Positions 49,779 to 58,853 of a stretch of DNA of 63,268 nt are shown one piece after another. A program made the translations under genes and the position numbers. Under the pieces are notes generated by a model. The model worked only from the letters and a program-made list of their open reading frames with translations, made no database searches and was not told the origin of the DNA. The DNA is from an uncultured Gammaproteobacteria bacterium (GTDB lineage: Bacteria; Patescibacteriota; Patescibacteriia; Patescibacteriales; UBA12465). The DNA is taken from positions 1 to 63,268 of the forward strand of contig CAYOKE010000001.1 in NCBI GenBank assembly GCA_964404515.1, in the 5' to 3' direction. Position 1 is the stretch's first letter. Every line of letters starts with the position of its first letter.

Positions 49779-52700
49779 CTATTTCTGCCTGAATTCGCAA
49801 ATAGTATTGAAATCACAAAAATCGCACATCAGGCCCGGCCGGGGCGGGAAGTTACGCTTCTTTATCTCCGCAATTTCCTGGGTAATCTCTAATTTCAAAC
49901 GATCGATATCCTTTTCGGCGGCCGTGAAGGAAAATTTATCTCCGCTCTCTAGATAATAGTAGCTCAAAAGGCTAACTTTCGCCTGCAAGAAATCCTCGAG
50001 GAACAACTGGTATAGGATGAGTTGGCGCTTATCATTAAAGTCTAGGCAATCCTTGCTCCGGCCAGTCTTGTAATCGATTATCTCTAAGCTTCCGTCTGGC
50101 AGACGGTCAACCCGGTCGATAGTCCCCTTGATGACCTCATCCCCGATTGGGAAGGAGAATTTCTTCTCTAGAAAAATTATTTCCGGCACCGCTCCAGTCT
50201 GATATTCGCTCCAGAATTTCTTAAGCGACTCGCGACCCTTGCGCTGATAGGCCGCCCTTTCTTCCGGGCTGCTATAGCCATCAGGCTGCCAAAACTCCTG
50301 ATAGAGCTCAAGGAGGCGCTTTTCGGTCAATGATTCAACTTGAGGATTGCTCTCCGTTCCTCCAAAAAGGTCAGCTTGCTGTTTCCTCCCTAGGAGGGGC
50401 AGGAAAAAATTATATAAGGTGTTGTGGAGGACGCGGCCGAAAATTAAGCTAGCTTTATCAGCCGGGACCGGAATCTTAAGAACAAAGGCGAACTTATACT
50501 GCAGGGGGCAAGTCGAGAAAGCGGCTAGCTGGGAAAAGGAAAATTTCTCAGGCAAAGGATATTTTTCCTCCAGTTCTCCTCTCAATTCCTGCCTATTAAG
50601 CTGATACAGGTCACGCAGGAACTCATTTTTCCGGCTGAGCACCATTTCTTCTTTTGCGCTCGTATCTTCTAAACCCATCTCGGCGATGAAACGCGAGGGT
50701 TTTTTCTCGCGTACGCCGCCATAGTCCTTCGCGCCGCTTAGGTACAGGGCCTCCTTGGCCCGAGTCAAGGCGACATAGAAAAGTCGCCGTTCTTCGGCCA
50801 GATGGATATCAGAGTTGGATTCGACTTTTTCCCGGACTAAGGCGTCGGTCAGAGGAATCTTCTCGCCGCGAGCAATGGTCGGGAATTTCTTGTCGACCAG
50901 GTTCACTAAAAAGACGTATCTGAATTCTAATCCTTTGGCGCCATGGACCGTCATAATCCTGACTGTCTCACTATCGGCGAAATCCAGCTTCAGGGCACCA
51001 GTTTCTCCGGCTTGGAGCTCGAGATTGATCGCGGCTAAAAAATCAGGCAGGCGCAAGTCGATCTCCGTTTCCTCCATCTTCTTTATTTTCTGATAAAACT
51101 GGTTAAGATAGGAGAAAAGCTCAATATCGCGATCATGGTCCAGATTTTCAATCAAACCGGAATCATAGGCGAAGTGGAGAAAAATCTTTGTCGGTTTCTC
51201 CTGGGCGACAAGAGCCGAATGTTTGATAATGAGGTTGAGAAGCTTATTGATATTCTTGACGCCCGCGGCGCTCACGTCCGGAATAGCATTTACATTCTTC
51301 AAGGCTTCGTACAAAGACCAGACTTTGCGCGCCGCCATCTTATTGATATTCACGAGATCAAGATGAGAAACGCGGAAAGGCGCCATGTTCAGGACGCGGA
51401 AAAGAGCGGCTGATTCATGATAATTATCCAGGAGCCGCAGATAGGCCAGGATATCCAATATCAATGGCTTATAATACAATCCTCGCCAGGACATAAATTG
51501 GTTGGGAATATCCTGGCGGCTCAATTCCTTGACATAGGCGTCAGCTGTATCATTAGCCCGAACCAGAATGGCGAAATCGGACCAGTTCGCCTCAGGGCCA
51601 GAAGCTTCATATAATTCCCTAATCTTAGCGGCGACGAAAGCGATTTCCTCCGCTTCGGTTCCGAAATTATGAAAATGGACCGCTGTCTCCTCGCTAAATT
51701 TAACTGATTCGCCTTTAGCAACCAACCGCTTATCGATTTTTAGTTTTTCTTCTAGTCTCGCTGGGTTATTATTCTGAATAAAGCTATAGGCCCGGTCCAA
51801 GATTTCCTGCCGGGAACGGTAATTTTCCGTCAGGACTATCTCCTGTGCTTTCGGGAAATCATCCTTGAACTGCAAGATGTTCGAAAGCGAAGCGCCCCTG
51901 AATTTATAGATAGCTTGATCGTCGTCTCCGACTACGACTAGATTATTCTTCGGCGCCGCTAACAGCTTGACTAATTCGTATTGCGCCCAGTTCGTGTCCT
52001 GGAATTCATCAACCATGATATAACGAAATTTCTGCCGATAGTATTCTAAAATATTTGGCCGGAGCCGGAAAAGCTTGAGGAGATAGACGATCAAATCGCC
52101 GAAATCCAAATAATTATTATCAAGCAGCAGCTGGTTATAGGTATGATAAGCAGCGGCCAGTTCCTTCACTCGGCTGACTTCCATTTCCGCCCCCTCCTCT
52201 TTATCAGGATCTGCCTTAGTTTTCTTCACCTTGGCTTGGCGCCCGATCTTTTTCCCGCTCAGCCTCTCGTCCTGGTCTGATTCCAGTTCTTCAGCATACT
52301 TCAGATATTCCACTGGCGAGATATTCTCATCCTTAAGGCGGGAAAAATGCTTTATCAGTTCAGAAATGAATTTCGTTGGGTTACCCAAAGGGCGATAATA
52401 GTCGAGTTCGAACTTAGCTAAATTCTTCTTGATGATAACCCACTGGTCGGTCTCAGTCAGGACCTTGAAATCGGCGCTTAAACCGATATCAAGAGCGTGC
52501 TCGCGCAGGATCCTTTCTCCAAAACCGTGGAAAGTACTTATCCAGAGGTCAATATAGCCATAAGGGAGAATCTTGTCGGCCCTTTCTTCCATTTCACCAG
52601 CCGCCTTCTCCGTAAAAGTCAGGAGCAGGATTTCATCGGTCGGTATCTTCTTCTCCAGAACCAAATAGGCTAAACGGTTGATAAGGACCGTCGTCTTACC

Positions 52701-52787
52701 GGTGCCAGCTCCAGCCACGATCAAAAGCGGTCCGCTTTCGTGGGCGACCGCTTCTTTCTGGGCTGAGTTTAGATGCGCGAGATCCAT
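49779..52787 (-). CDS. UvrD/PcrA-type superfamily 1 helicase fused to a C-terminal PD-(D/E)XK (Cas4/AddB-like, Cys-cluster) nuclease
   Basis: 1002 aa. Walker A AGAGTGKTT, motif II MVDEFQDTN, and helicase motif VI TVHGAKGLEF. C-terminal IDRVDRL...LEIIDYKTGR and terminal CDFCDFNTIC. Confidence 0.85.
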   Translation of the reverse strand: MDLAHLNSAQKEAVAHESGPLLIVAGAGTGKTTVLINRLAYLVLEKKIPTDEILLLTFTEKAAGEMEERADKILPYGYIDLWISTFHGFGERILREHALDIGLSADFKVLTETDQWVIIKKNLAKFELDYYRPLGNPTKFISELIKHFSRLKDENISPVEYLKYAEELESDQDERLSGKKIGRQAKVKKTKADPDKEEGAEMEVSRVKELAAAYHTYNQLLLDNNYLDFGDLIVYLLKLFRLRPNILEYYRQKFRYIMVDEFQDTNWAQYELVKLLAAPKNNLVVVGDDDQAIYKFRGASLSNILQFKDDFPKAQEIVLTENYRSRQEILDRAYSFIQNNNPARLEEKLKIDKRLVAKGESVKFSEETAVHFHNFGTEAEEIAFVAAKIRELYEASGPEANWSDFAILVRANDTADAYVKELSRQDIPNQFMSWRGLYYKPLILDILAYLRLLDNYHESAALFRVLNMAPFRVSHLDLVNINKMAARKVWSLYEALKNVNAIPDVSAAGVKNINKLLNLIIKHSALVAQEKPTKIFLHFAYDSGLIENLDHDRDIELFSYLNQFYQKIKKMEETEIDLRLPDFLAAINLELQAGETGALKLDFADSETVRIMTVHGAKGLEFRYVFLVNLVDKKFPTIARGEKIPLTDALVREKVESNSDIHLAEERRLFYVALTRAKEALYLSGAKDYGGVREKKPSRFIAEMGLEDTSAKEEMVLSRKNEFLRDLYQLNRQELRGELEEKYPLPEKFSFSQLAAFSTCPLQYKFAFVLKIPVPADKASLIFGRVLHNTLYNFFLPLLGRKQQADLFGGTESNPQVESLTEKRLLELYQEFWQPDGYSSPEERAAYQRKGRESLKKFWSEYQTGAVPEIIFLEKKFSFPIGDEVIKGTIDRVDRLPDGSLEIIDYKTGRSKDCLDFNDKRQLILYQLFLEDFLQAKVSLLSYYYLESGDKFSFTAAEKDIDRLKLEITQEIAEIKKRNFPPRPGLMCDFCDFNTICEFRQK

Positions 52788-52788
52788 A

Positions 52789-54054
52789 TTAGAAATGAAG
52801 CATTTTCTTTAATCGGCTTGCCTTAACATCGCCGATGAGCGCTAGGTTGAGATTGCTATCCTTAAAAATCTGCCTGGCAACCTGACGTAATTCTGATGCC
52901 GTGATCTTTTCCATGGCAGCGATAAAGCCTTCAGGCGTCACGATCTTCTCCCGCAGTATTTCCTGCCGGGCATACCAATTAGCCAGGTCATCAGTCGATT
53001 CCAGCTGCAAAAGCAAACGGCCCCGCAGAAGATCTTTCGCCCGTTTCAATTCCTTCGGCTCGACTAGTTCTTCGGTTAAACGCTTATATTCCTCTAAAAT
53101 TATCTTCACTGCTGATTCGACCTTCCCGATCGGCACGCCGGCTTGGGTCGTCAGATAGCCAGAATCCGAATGAGCCTCAACATTGGTCTTTACGTAATAG
53201 GCTAAACCATTACGCTCACGCAAGCGGATGAAGAGACGGGAGCTCATGGCCCCGCCCAGGATTATGGCTAAAAGCTTGGCTTTAAATTCCTGAGCGTGCC
53301 CGGCTGGGTAAGCACGGACGGCAAGCGACAAGTTGACCTGGTCAATCTTCTTGGGGACTATCCTGAGATTAGGCTTCGATTGGCGTTCAACTGTTCTATT
53401 CTTCCCGCGCCAATCGTTTGAGCGGAACTCAGCTAATAGCCGGCGAACTTTCCGCTGGTCAGCGGCGGAGATATTCCCTGCTAGAAAGACGGCCGCGCTT
53501 CTCGTACCGTATTGCGTCTTCAAATAATGCAACAAGTCGGCTCTGGTAAAACGGCGGATATTTTCCTTGGTGCCGATTGTTTCCCAGCCAGCCGGCGTAT
53601 CGCCGTATAGGCAAGCCTCAAGCACGTCCTCGATGTGCATCAAGGGGTTGTCTTCATACATGTTCAGCTCTTCGATGATAACGCCTTTCTCCCTTTCGAT
53701 TTCCTCTACGGAAAACTTGGAGTGCAAGAGCATGTCTGCCATTATTTCTAAGGCTGTCCCGAGCTTATCAGCCGCGACCTTGATCCAGTAGCCAGTATAT
53801 TCCTTGGAGGTGAAAGCATTATATTCCCCGCCTAAAGAATCAAGTTCACTGGACAGGGCCAAGGTATTCGGCCTCTTTTCCGTCCCCTTGAAGAACATAT
53901 GCTCCAGGAAATGAGAAATACCGTTATTGCGGCGATTTTCATAACGGGAACCGGTGCGAAAAATCAAAAGGGCGGTCGCTGTCTTAGCGCCTTTTATCGG
54001 AATGGTGAAAACCGGAATCTTGTTTGACAAAACAATCTTTTTGTATCTATTCAT
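52789..54054 (-). CDS. M16 family (pitrilysin-like) zinc peptidase
   Basis: 421 aa. Inverted zinc motif HxxEH in GISHFLEHMFFKGT. Confidence 0.85.
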   Translation of the reverse strand: MNRYKKIVLSNKIPVFTIPIKGAKTATALLIFRTGSRYENRRNNGISHFLEHMFFKGTEKRPNTLALSSELDSLGGEYNAFTSKEYTGYWIKVAADKLGTALEIMADMLLHSKFSVEEIEREKGVIIEELNMYEDNPLMHIEDVLEACLYGDTPAGWETIGTKENIRRFTRADLLHYLKTQYGTRSAAVFLAGNISAADQRKVRRLLAEFRSNDWRGKNRTVERQSKPNLRIVPKKIDQVNLSLAVRAYPAGHAQEFKAKLLAIILGGAMSSRLFIRLRERNGLAYYVKTNVEAHSDSGYLTTQAGVPIGKVESAVKIILEEYKRLTEELVEPKELKRAKDLLRGRLLLQLESTDDLANWYARQEILREKIVTPEGFIAAMEKITASELRQVARQIFKDSNLNLALIGDVKASRLKKMLHF

Positions 54055-54158
54055 ACTAAACTAATAATTTAAAACCTTAATCTGTTCTAAATTTATCACA
54101 TCTTTGATATAATTTGAAGTAAGGAAAAATCGTCTAACCTTAATTAATTTCCATCAAT

Positions 54159-54875
54159 ATGCCTTATAGAATTAGCGATCGCAATTTTGTCCTAAATCAT
54201 GGCAAAGCCTACAAGATCCTGCGCGTCAAAGATCTGCCGGAAGAAGATAAACCTCGCGAAAAAATGGTCAAGGACGGACCCGGCGCTTTGAGCGCCACTG
54301 AGTTACTGGCCATAATCCTCGGTGTCGGTACCAGGAAGGAAGAAGTCTTCTCTATGGCTAGCCGTCTCCTGCGCGAATATGGCGAAAAGGGCTTGGCCTA
54401 CCAGAAGGATCCTCGCCTCATCGAGAAGGATCTTAAAGTGCCACTAAGCAAAGCCTGCCAGATCGTCGCTTGTTTCGAGCTGGGACGACGTTTCTATCAG
54501 AAAAAACCGGGTGGCTCAATCACAATTCGCACTGCTAGCCAGGCTTTTAATTACTTAAAGGATATGGGCCATCTGAACAAGGAGCAATTCCGCGGCCTTT
54601 ATCTCAACACCCACTACCAGCTAATCCATGATGAAGTTATTTCTCTGGGCACATTAGATGCCGCCCTGGTCCAGCCACGGGAAGTCTTTCGGCCGGCGCT
54701 TGAATACTCGGCAGCAGCAATCATCATCGCCCATAACCATCCTTCTGGCGTCCTAAGGGCTACTAAAGCTGACGTTGAGATCACTAACAAGCTCTTAGAA
54801 GCCGGGAAAATTCTGGATATCGAGGTCTTGGATCATTTGATCATCGGGAAAAACAAATTCGCTAGCATCATATAG
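54159..54875 (+). CDS. radC: RadC-like JAB domain protein
   Basis: 238 aa. HhH region ELLAIILGVGT and JAMM motif IIAHNHPSG. Confidence 0.85.
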   Translation: MPYRISDRNFVLNHGKAYKILRVKDLPEEDKPREKMVKDGPGALSATELLAIILGVGTRKEEVFSMASRLLREYGEKGLAYQKDPRLIEKDLKVPLSKACQIVACFELGRRFYQKKPGGSITIRTASQAFNYLKDMGHLNKEQFRGLYLNTHYQLIHDEVISLGTLDAALVQPREVFRPALEYSAAAIIIAHNHPSGVLRATKADVEITNKLLEAGKILDIEVLDHLIIGKNKFASII

Positions 54876-54879
54876 CCCT

Positions 54880-55161
54880 ATGGCCGAGATAAAATACAAG
54901 ATTACGCCGCTCGTCTGGTTAGTCAAGGATGAGGCGAGCGTTAAATTCCATGTTAAGAGCGACGACTATTTCGGTACGATGGCGACGATCCTGAGCCTAG
55001 CCAGACAGCAGATAAAAAAAGCTGGCCGGTTGGATTCGACCACTTTTAAAATCATAAATAATCTCGAAACTGATTTGTCTTTCCTACAGAAAAATTATCA
55101 GATCAAACCCAGGGCGAAAAACAGGAACAGGACGCCAAAAGGCAAGCTGAAAAGCCAATGA
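54880..55161 (+). CDS. Hypothetical protein
   Basis: 93-aa ORF 4 nt after radC with a basic C-terminus. Its 3' end overlaps the convergent gene by 64 nt. No motif recognised. Confidence 0.35.
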   Translation: MAEIKYKITPLVWLVKDEASVKFHVKSDDYFGTMATILSLARQQIKKAGRLDSTTFKIINNLETDLSFLQKNYQIKPRAKNRNRTPKGKLKSQ

Positions 55162-56381
55162 TCAAAAAGCATCAATACCACCAAGACTCCTATGACCGCC
55201 AGCGAGAACGTCTCCTGACGGTCTTTTTTAGCTAAGAAGAAGAGGAATCCCAAAAAACAAAGGAGGGAGATGAGGCCGGCTTGTGCCCAGAGAACTAAAA
55301 AAGCATTATGAACCGGCTGGTAGGCATAGCCAGGCTGGCCCGGCTCAGCTTTCTCCAGAGTGACCGTATAATTATTCAAGCCGACTCCGAATAACCATTT
55401 TTTCTTAATCATTTCCTGGGCGTCAACCAAATATTCTTGTCGCTCAGAAATCGATTTCTGTTCTAGGCGGCCTTCAGCTGATACCCGAGTACAAGCTAAT
55501 TCGCGATAGGGGATAACGACCAAAATGAGCAGAAGGGCGGAAAAGAAGATGACCGCTAGATGGCGCCCTAAAACCCAACGGTCTTCCTTAAGAGCTAAGC
55601 TGATTAATAAAACCAGGCTGCCGATGGCGTAAGCCAGCCAGGCAGCGCGGGAGAAGGTAAAAAACAAAGCGAACAAGGCGAAAAAATAGAAGACGAACAG
55701 GAACAAGGAACTCATGAGCTCCTTGGTCGAATTGATGACCTTCTTCTTGGCCAGCATATAGGCGGCTAAGATCAAGGCGATGGCCAAAACGCCGCCAAAG
55801 ATATTGGGGTGGTCGAAACCACCATAGGCCCGGAGCCAACGGCCGGAAAGCGTTTCTACAACAGCCGTTCCTAAAGTTAAGGGGTCATGTACCGCTAACC
55901 CCAGATACTTGTTAGCAAAAGAACTCTGGCTCAAAAATTGGTAGATGCCCAAGATTGACTGCAGGAACATACTGGCCAGGAAGGCATGCAGGATCCCAAT
56001 CTTGCTGAAACAACTGTCTTCATAATTCTCTTTGCTCGTTCCAGCCCTTAGAAGATAAAACATCCCTAAAGCCGCTAACACGACTAAGTAGCCATAGAAG
56101 GCCAGGACCTTATCCGATGCGAAGAAGAAAGAAAATAAAGTGAATAATTCGAAACCAGCCAAAAAATACCAGACATTGGAAAGCTTCCCGCTGAGACTGC
56201 GGGTATTAACCTTATAAAAAACAAAGAGGAAAAAAACTAGGAGTAGGACCAACTGGCTGACATAGAGGCTTATTTCTTGAAAATTATTAAGGCCGGGCCG
56301 TAAAATCAGCTTCGTCTGCCAAGGCAGCAGGAAGACTATGAGATAGATCGAGCAACTGACGATTTTATTGAGAATTTTCAT
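55098..56381 (-). CDS. O-antigen-ligase-like (Wzy_C-type) polytopic membrane protein
   Basis: 427 aa with about 11 TM helices. Motifs TFSRAAWLAYAIGSLVLL and PVHNAFLVLWAQAGLISLL. Confidence 0.7.
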   Translation of the reverse strand: MKILNKIVSCSIYLIVFLLPWQTKLILRPGLNNFQEISLYVSQLVLLLVFFLFVFYKVNTRSLSGKLSNVWYFLAGFELFTLFSFFFASDKVLAFYGYLVVLAALGMFYLLRAGTSKENYEDSCFSKIGILHAFLASMFLQSILGIYQFLSQSSFANKYLGLAVHDPLTLGTAVVETLSGRWLRAYGGFDHPNIFGGVLAIALILAAYMLAKKKVINSTKELMSSLFLFVFYFFALFALFFTFSRAAWLAYAIGSLVLLISLALKEDRWVLGRHLAVIFFSALLLILVVIPYRELACTRVSAEGRLEQKSISERQEYLVDAQEMIKKKWLFGVGLNNYTVTLEKAEPGQPGYAYQPVHNAFLVLWAQAGLISLLCFLGFLFFLAKKDRQETFSLAVIGVLVVLMLFDHWLFSLPFGVLFLFFALGLI

Positions 56382-57252
56382 AACGATAAGTGAATATTTT
56401 TTCCCTGATTTCTTGGCGCCGATCCCGCCGATACAGCTTTATGATTCGATCGGTCAGGACTACGCCACTAAGCCTGGGGACAAGAGATTCGCGAGCGGCT
56501 TCTTTCAGGACTGGCGGCATAATTCTCTCTTGCCAACGGCGAGCGGCTTTTTCGGCCTTATCCAAAATATAATTATTTCTAATAACTAAAGGCGGGATGG
56601 TCGTCAAAAAAATAGGTGAATTAGCTGTCCAGAATCTTTCCGCGACCCTATCTTTATTATAAAGCAAAACCAGCCCACGAATCCAGTAATCGAAGTAGGG
56701 ATCGCCATCCGGCAATTTCAGACTATCGAGTCCTAAATGATCCAGGCTAATGTAGAAGCTTAGGCAAATCTTATCGCGCTTGTCATTCTCTTTCGGTCGG
56801 CGGTTCAAAAATTTGGCTAAGCCAGCGCAAAATAGGCGGCTAAGCCAAACCCGCCGTGGCATCGTGATAATGAAAAAATCTATATCGCTGCCGTCGCGCA
56901 AATTAGACGAACCGATGATATTAGCTAGGAAGACCGCCTTGACAAAAGGGAAGGCCCCAAATAGGCGGGCGAATGCTTTAGCGGTCTTCAGCTTGCGCTG
57001 ATAGTAATTATGGCGTTTCTGTCTCTCGGCAACCAGGCTTTCCCGGCCCTTCAGAAAATAGAAGCCGTTCTGATGTCCTAAAGACGGATGGCCGTCCAAT
57101 AAAGCCCACAAATCAACTAGCTCTAGCCGACGATCCAGGAAACCCCAAACTTCAAAAATGGTCAGAGGATAGTCGAACAAGTCGAAAAAAACGGCCATCT
57201 CTTTAATGGCTAGCGTCAAGCTTGCCGAGTTGGCCGTCTTTGCTTCAAACAT
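56365..57252 (-). CDS. Hypothetical protein with a possible Pol-beta-type nucleotidyltransferase motif
   Basis: 295 aa. IIGSSNLRDGSDIDFFII resembles the GS-x(n)-DxD nucleotidyltransferase signature. Confidence 0.45.
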   Translation of the reverse strand: MFEAKTANSASLTLAIKEMAVFFDLFDYPLTIFEVWGFLDRRLELVDLWALLDGHPSLGHQNGFYFLKGRESLVAERQKRHNYYQRKLKTAKAFARLFGAFPFVKAVFLANIIGSSNLRDGSDIDFFIITMPRRVWLSRLFCAGLAKFLNRRPKENDKRDKICLSFYISLDHLGLDSLKLPDGDPYFDYWIRGLVLLYNKDRVAERFWTANSPIFLTTIPPLVIRNNYILDKAEKAARRWQERIMPPVLKEAARESLVPRLSGVVLTDRIIKLYRRDRRQEIREKIFTYRYENSQ

Positions 57253-58369
57253 GTTTAGGCTTATCTATCTTCAAGACTTCGATTTTGCTTTCCTGGCCGG
57301 TAATCTTAATGACATCCTTATCGATCTTTTTGAATTCCGTATAAGCATTATTATAATGGCTGACCGAAGTTGCCATAGCCCCGCCTAGTTTCCTCATAAA
57401 CTCATCATAGCTGTTCATATGCTTGCCAAGCTTCTCGATGTTCGCCCGGATTTCCTTGGCCCTCTCTTCGATCTGCATCGCCTTCAAGCCCTGTAAAACG
57501 GTCTGGAGATAGGCTAGAAAGGAGGTAGGCGAAACGATGATCACCTTCTTATCCCGAAAGGCGTATTCTATGAGGTCGCGGGTATTGACCTTGACAGCGC
57601 CGACTTTGCTGACCAAAAGATCGTAATAGATAGCTTCCGAAGGGATGAACATGAAGGCGAACTCCATGGTTTTCTTCTCGGGCCGGACATATTTGGAAGT
57701 TTCATCGATGCGGTTTTTAAGGTCCTGCTTGAATTGCTGTTCCAGCTTTTCCCGCAAATCCGGATCATTAGTATTCAATATTCGTTCGTAGTTTTCTAGG
57801 GTAAACTTGGCATCGATTGGGATAATCTTATCCTTAACAAAGACGACAGCATCGACAATTAAATCCTTGCCTGTCTTCTCATCTTTGCCGAGACGGTATT
57901 GCATCTGGTAAGAATTTGGTGGCAAGACGTTCTTCAAGGTTTCCTCCAGATAATATTCGCCGAGAACGCCGCGTTGTTTTGGGTTCTTTAGTATATCTTG
58001 CAGGTTCTGGAGCTGAGCAGAAAAATTCACCACCTGCTTATTGGTCTCATCGAGCTTAGTCAGCTTCTCGGTCACGTCGGCGATAAGTTTCGCGGACTGC
58101 GAACTGATATTTTGGACGATGCGGGCTGTCTGGCCAAATTGCTCTTGGTTGCTACGATGGGTCTCTGAAAGTTTCCTATCTAATTCTTGGCGCAATTCGC
58201 CGTTCTGGACCGATAGTTGCGACAGCTTCTCTGATTGTTGAATCAGCCTTTCCATTAGGCTGTCAATCTTGTCCTTGGTTTGGCTCTTCGGCCGTAAGAG
58301 CAAAATGATGACCGCTATGATACCTAGGACCAGGACGGCTAAAAGGGAGATGATAAGATAATTATTCAT
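57245..58369 (-). CDS. rmuC: DNA recombination protein RmuC
   Basis: 374 aa. N-terminal TM, long coiled coil, C-terminal nuclease-like domain (VVFVKDKIIPIDAKF, MFIPSEAIYYDL). Confidence 0.8.
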   Translation of the reverse strand: MNNYLIISLLAVLVLGIIAVIILLLRPKSQTKDKIDSLMERLIQQSEKLSQLSVQNGELRQELDRKLSETHRSNQEQFGQTARIVQNISSQSAKLIADVTEKLTKLDETNKQVVNFSAQLQNLQDILKNPKQRGVLGEYYLEETLKNVLPPNSYQMQYRLGKDEKTGKDLIVDAVVFVKDKIIPIDAKFTLENYERILNTNDPDLREKLEQQFKQDLKNRIDETSKYVRPEKKTMEFAFMFIPSEAIYYDLLVSKVGAVKVNTRDLIEYAFRDKKVIIVSPTSFLAYLQTVLQGLKAMQIEERAKEIRANIEKLGKHMNSYDEFMRKLGGAMATSVSHYNNAYTEFKKIDKDVIKITGQESKIEVLKIDKPKHV

Positions 58370-58388
58370 AATGGCTAAATGACTGGCG

Positions 58389-58796
58389 TCATTTCTTTAG
58401 CAGGTCCCTGATTTCTGTAAGCAGCTCCTGGTCCTTGCTAAGAGGCGCCGCTTCGCAGGCCGCCTGTTCTTTGACTAGCTGCTTCTTCAGGCGGCCGATA
58501 AGCTTAATCATGATAAAAATGACGAGCGCGATTATGACGAAATCGAAGATGTTCTGGAGGAAGAGGCCGATATTCAGGATTACTGCCGGCTTGCCGGCGG
58601 CGGCCGCCTTCAGGGTCCATTTCCAGCTCGTGAAATCGACGCCGCCGATGATAAGGCCGATAAACGGCATAACGACATCAGCAACGAGCGAGGAAACGAT
58701 CTTGCTGAAAGCACTGCCGACGATAACAGCGACCGCTAAATCGATGACATTGCCTTTAACGGCGAATTCCTTAAATTCGCGGATGTATTTCTTCAT
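58389..58796 (-). CDS. mscL: Large-conductance mechanosensitive channel
   Basis: From MKKYIREFKEFAVKGNVIDLAVAVIVGSAFSKIV..., the canonical MscL N-terminus. The ORF track extends 10 codons further upstream. Confidence 0.9.
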   Translation of the reverse strand: MKKYIREFKEFAVKGNVIDLAVAVIVGSAFSKIVSSLVADVVMPFIGLIIGGVDFTSWKWTLKAAAAGKPAVILNIGLFLQNIFDFVIIALVIFIMIKLIGRLKKQLVKEQAACEAAPLSKDQELLTEIRDLLKK

Positions 58797-58853
58797 AATT
58801 TTAGAATTAAAAATAAGGTTATACAAAGACCGGCCAAAAAGGCCGATATTTAT

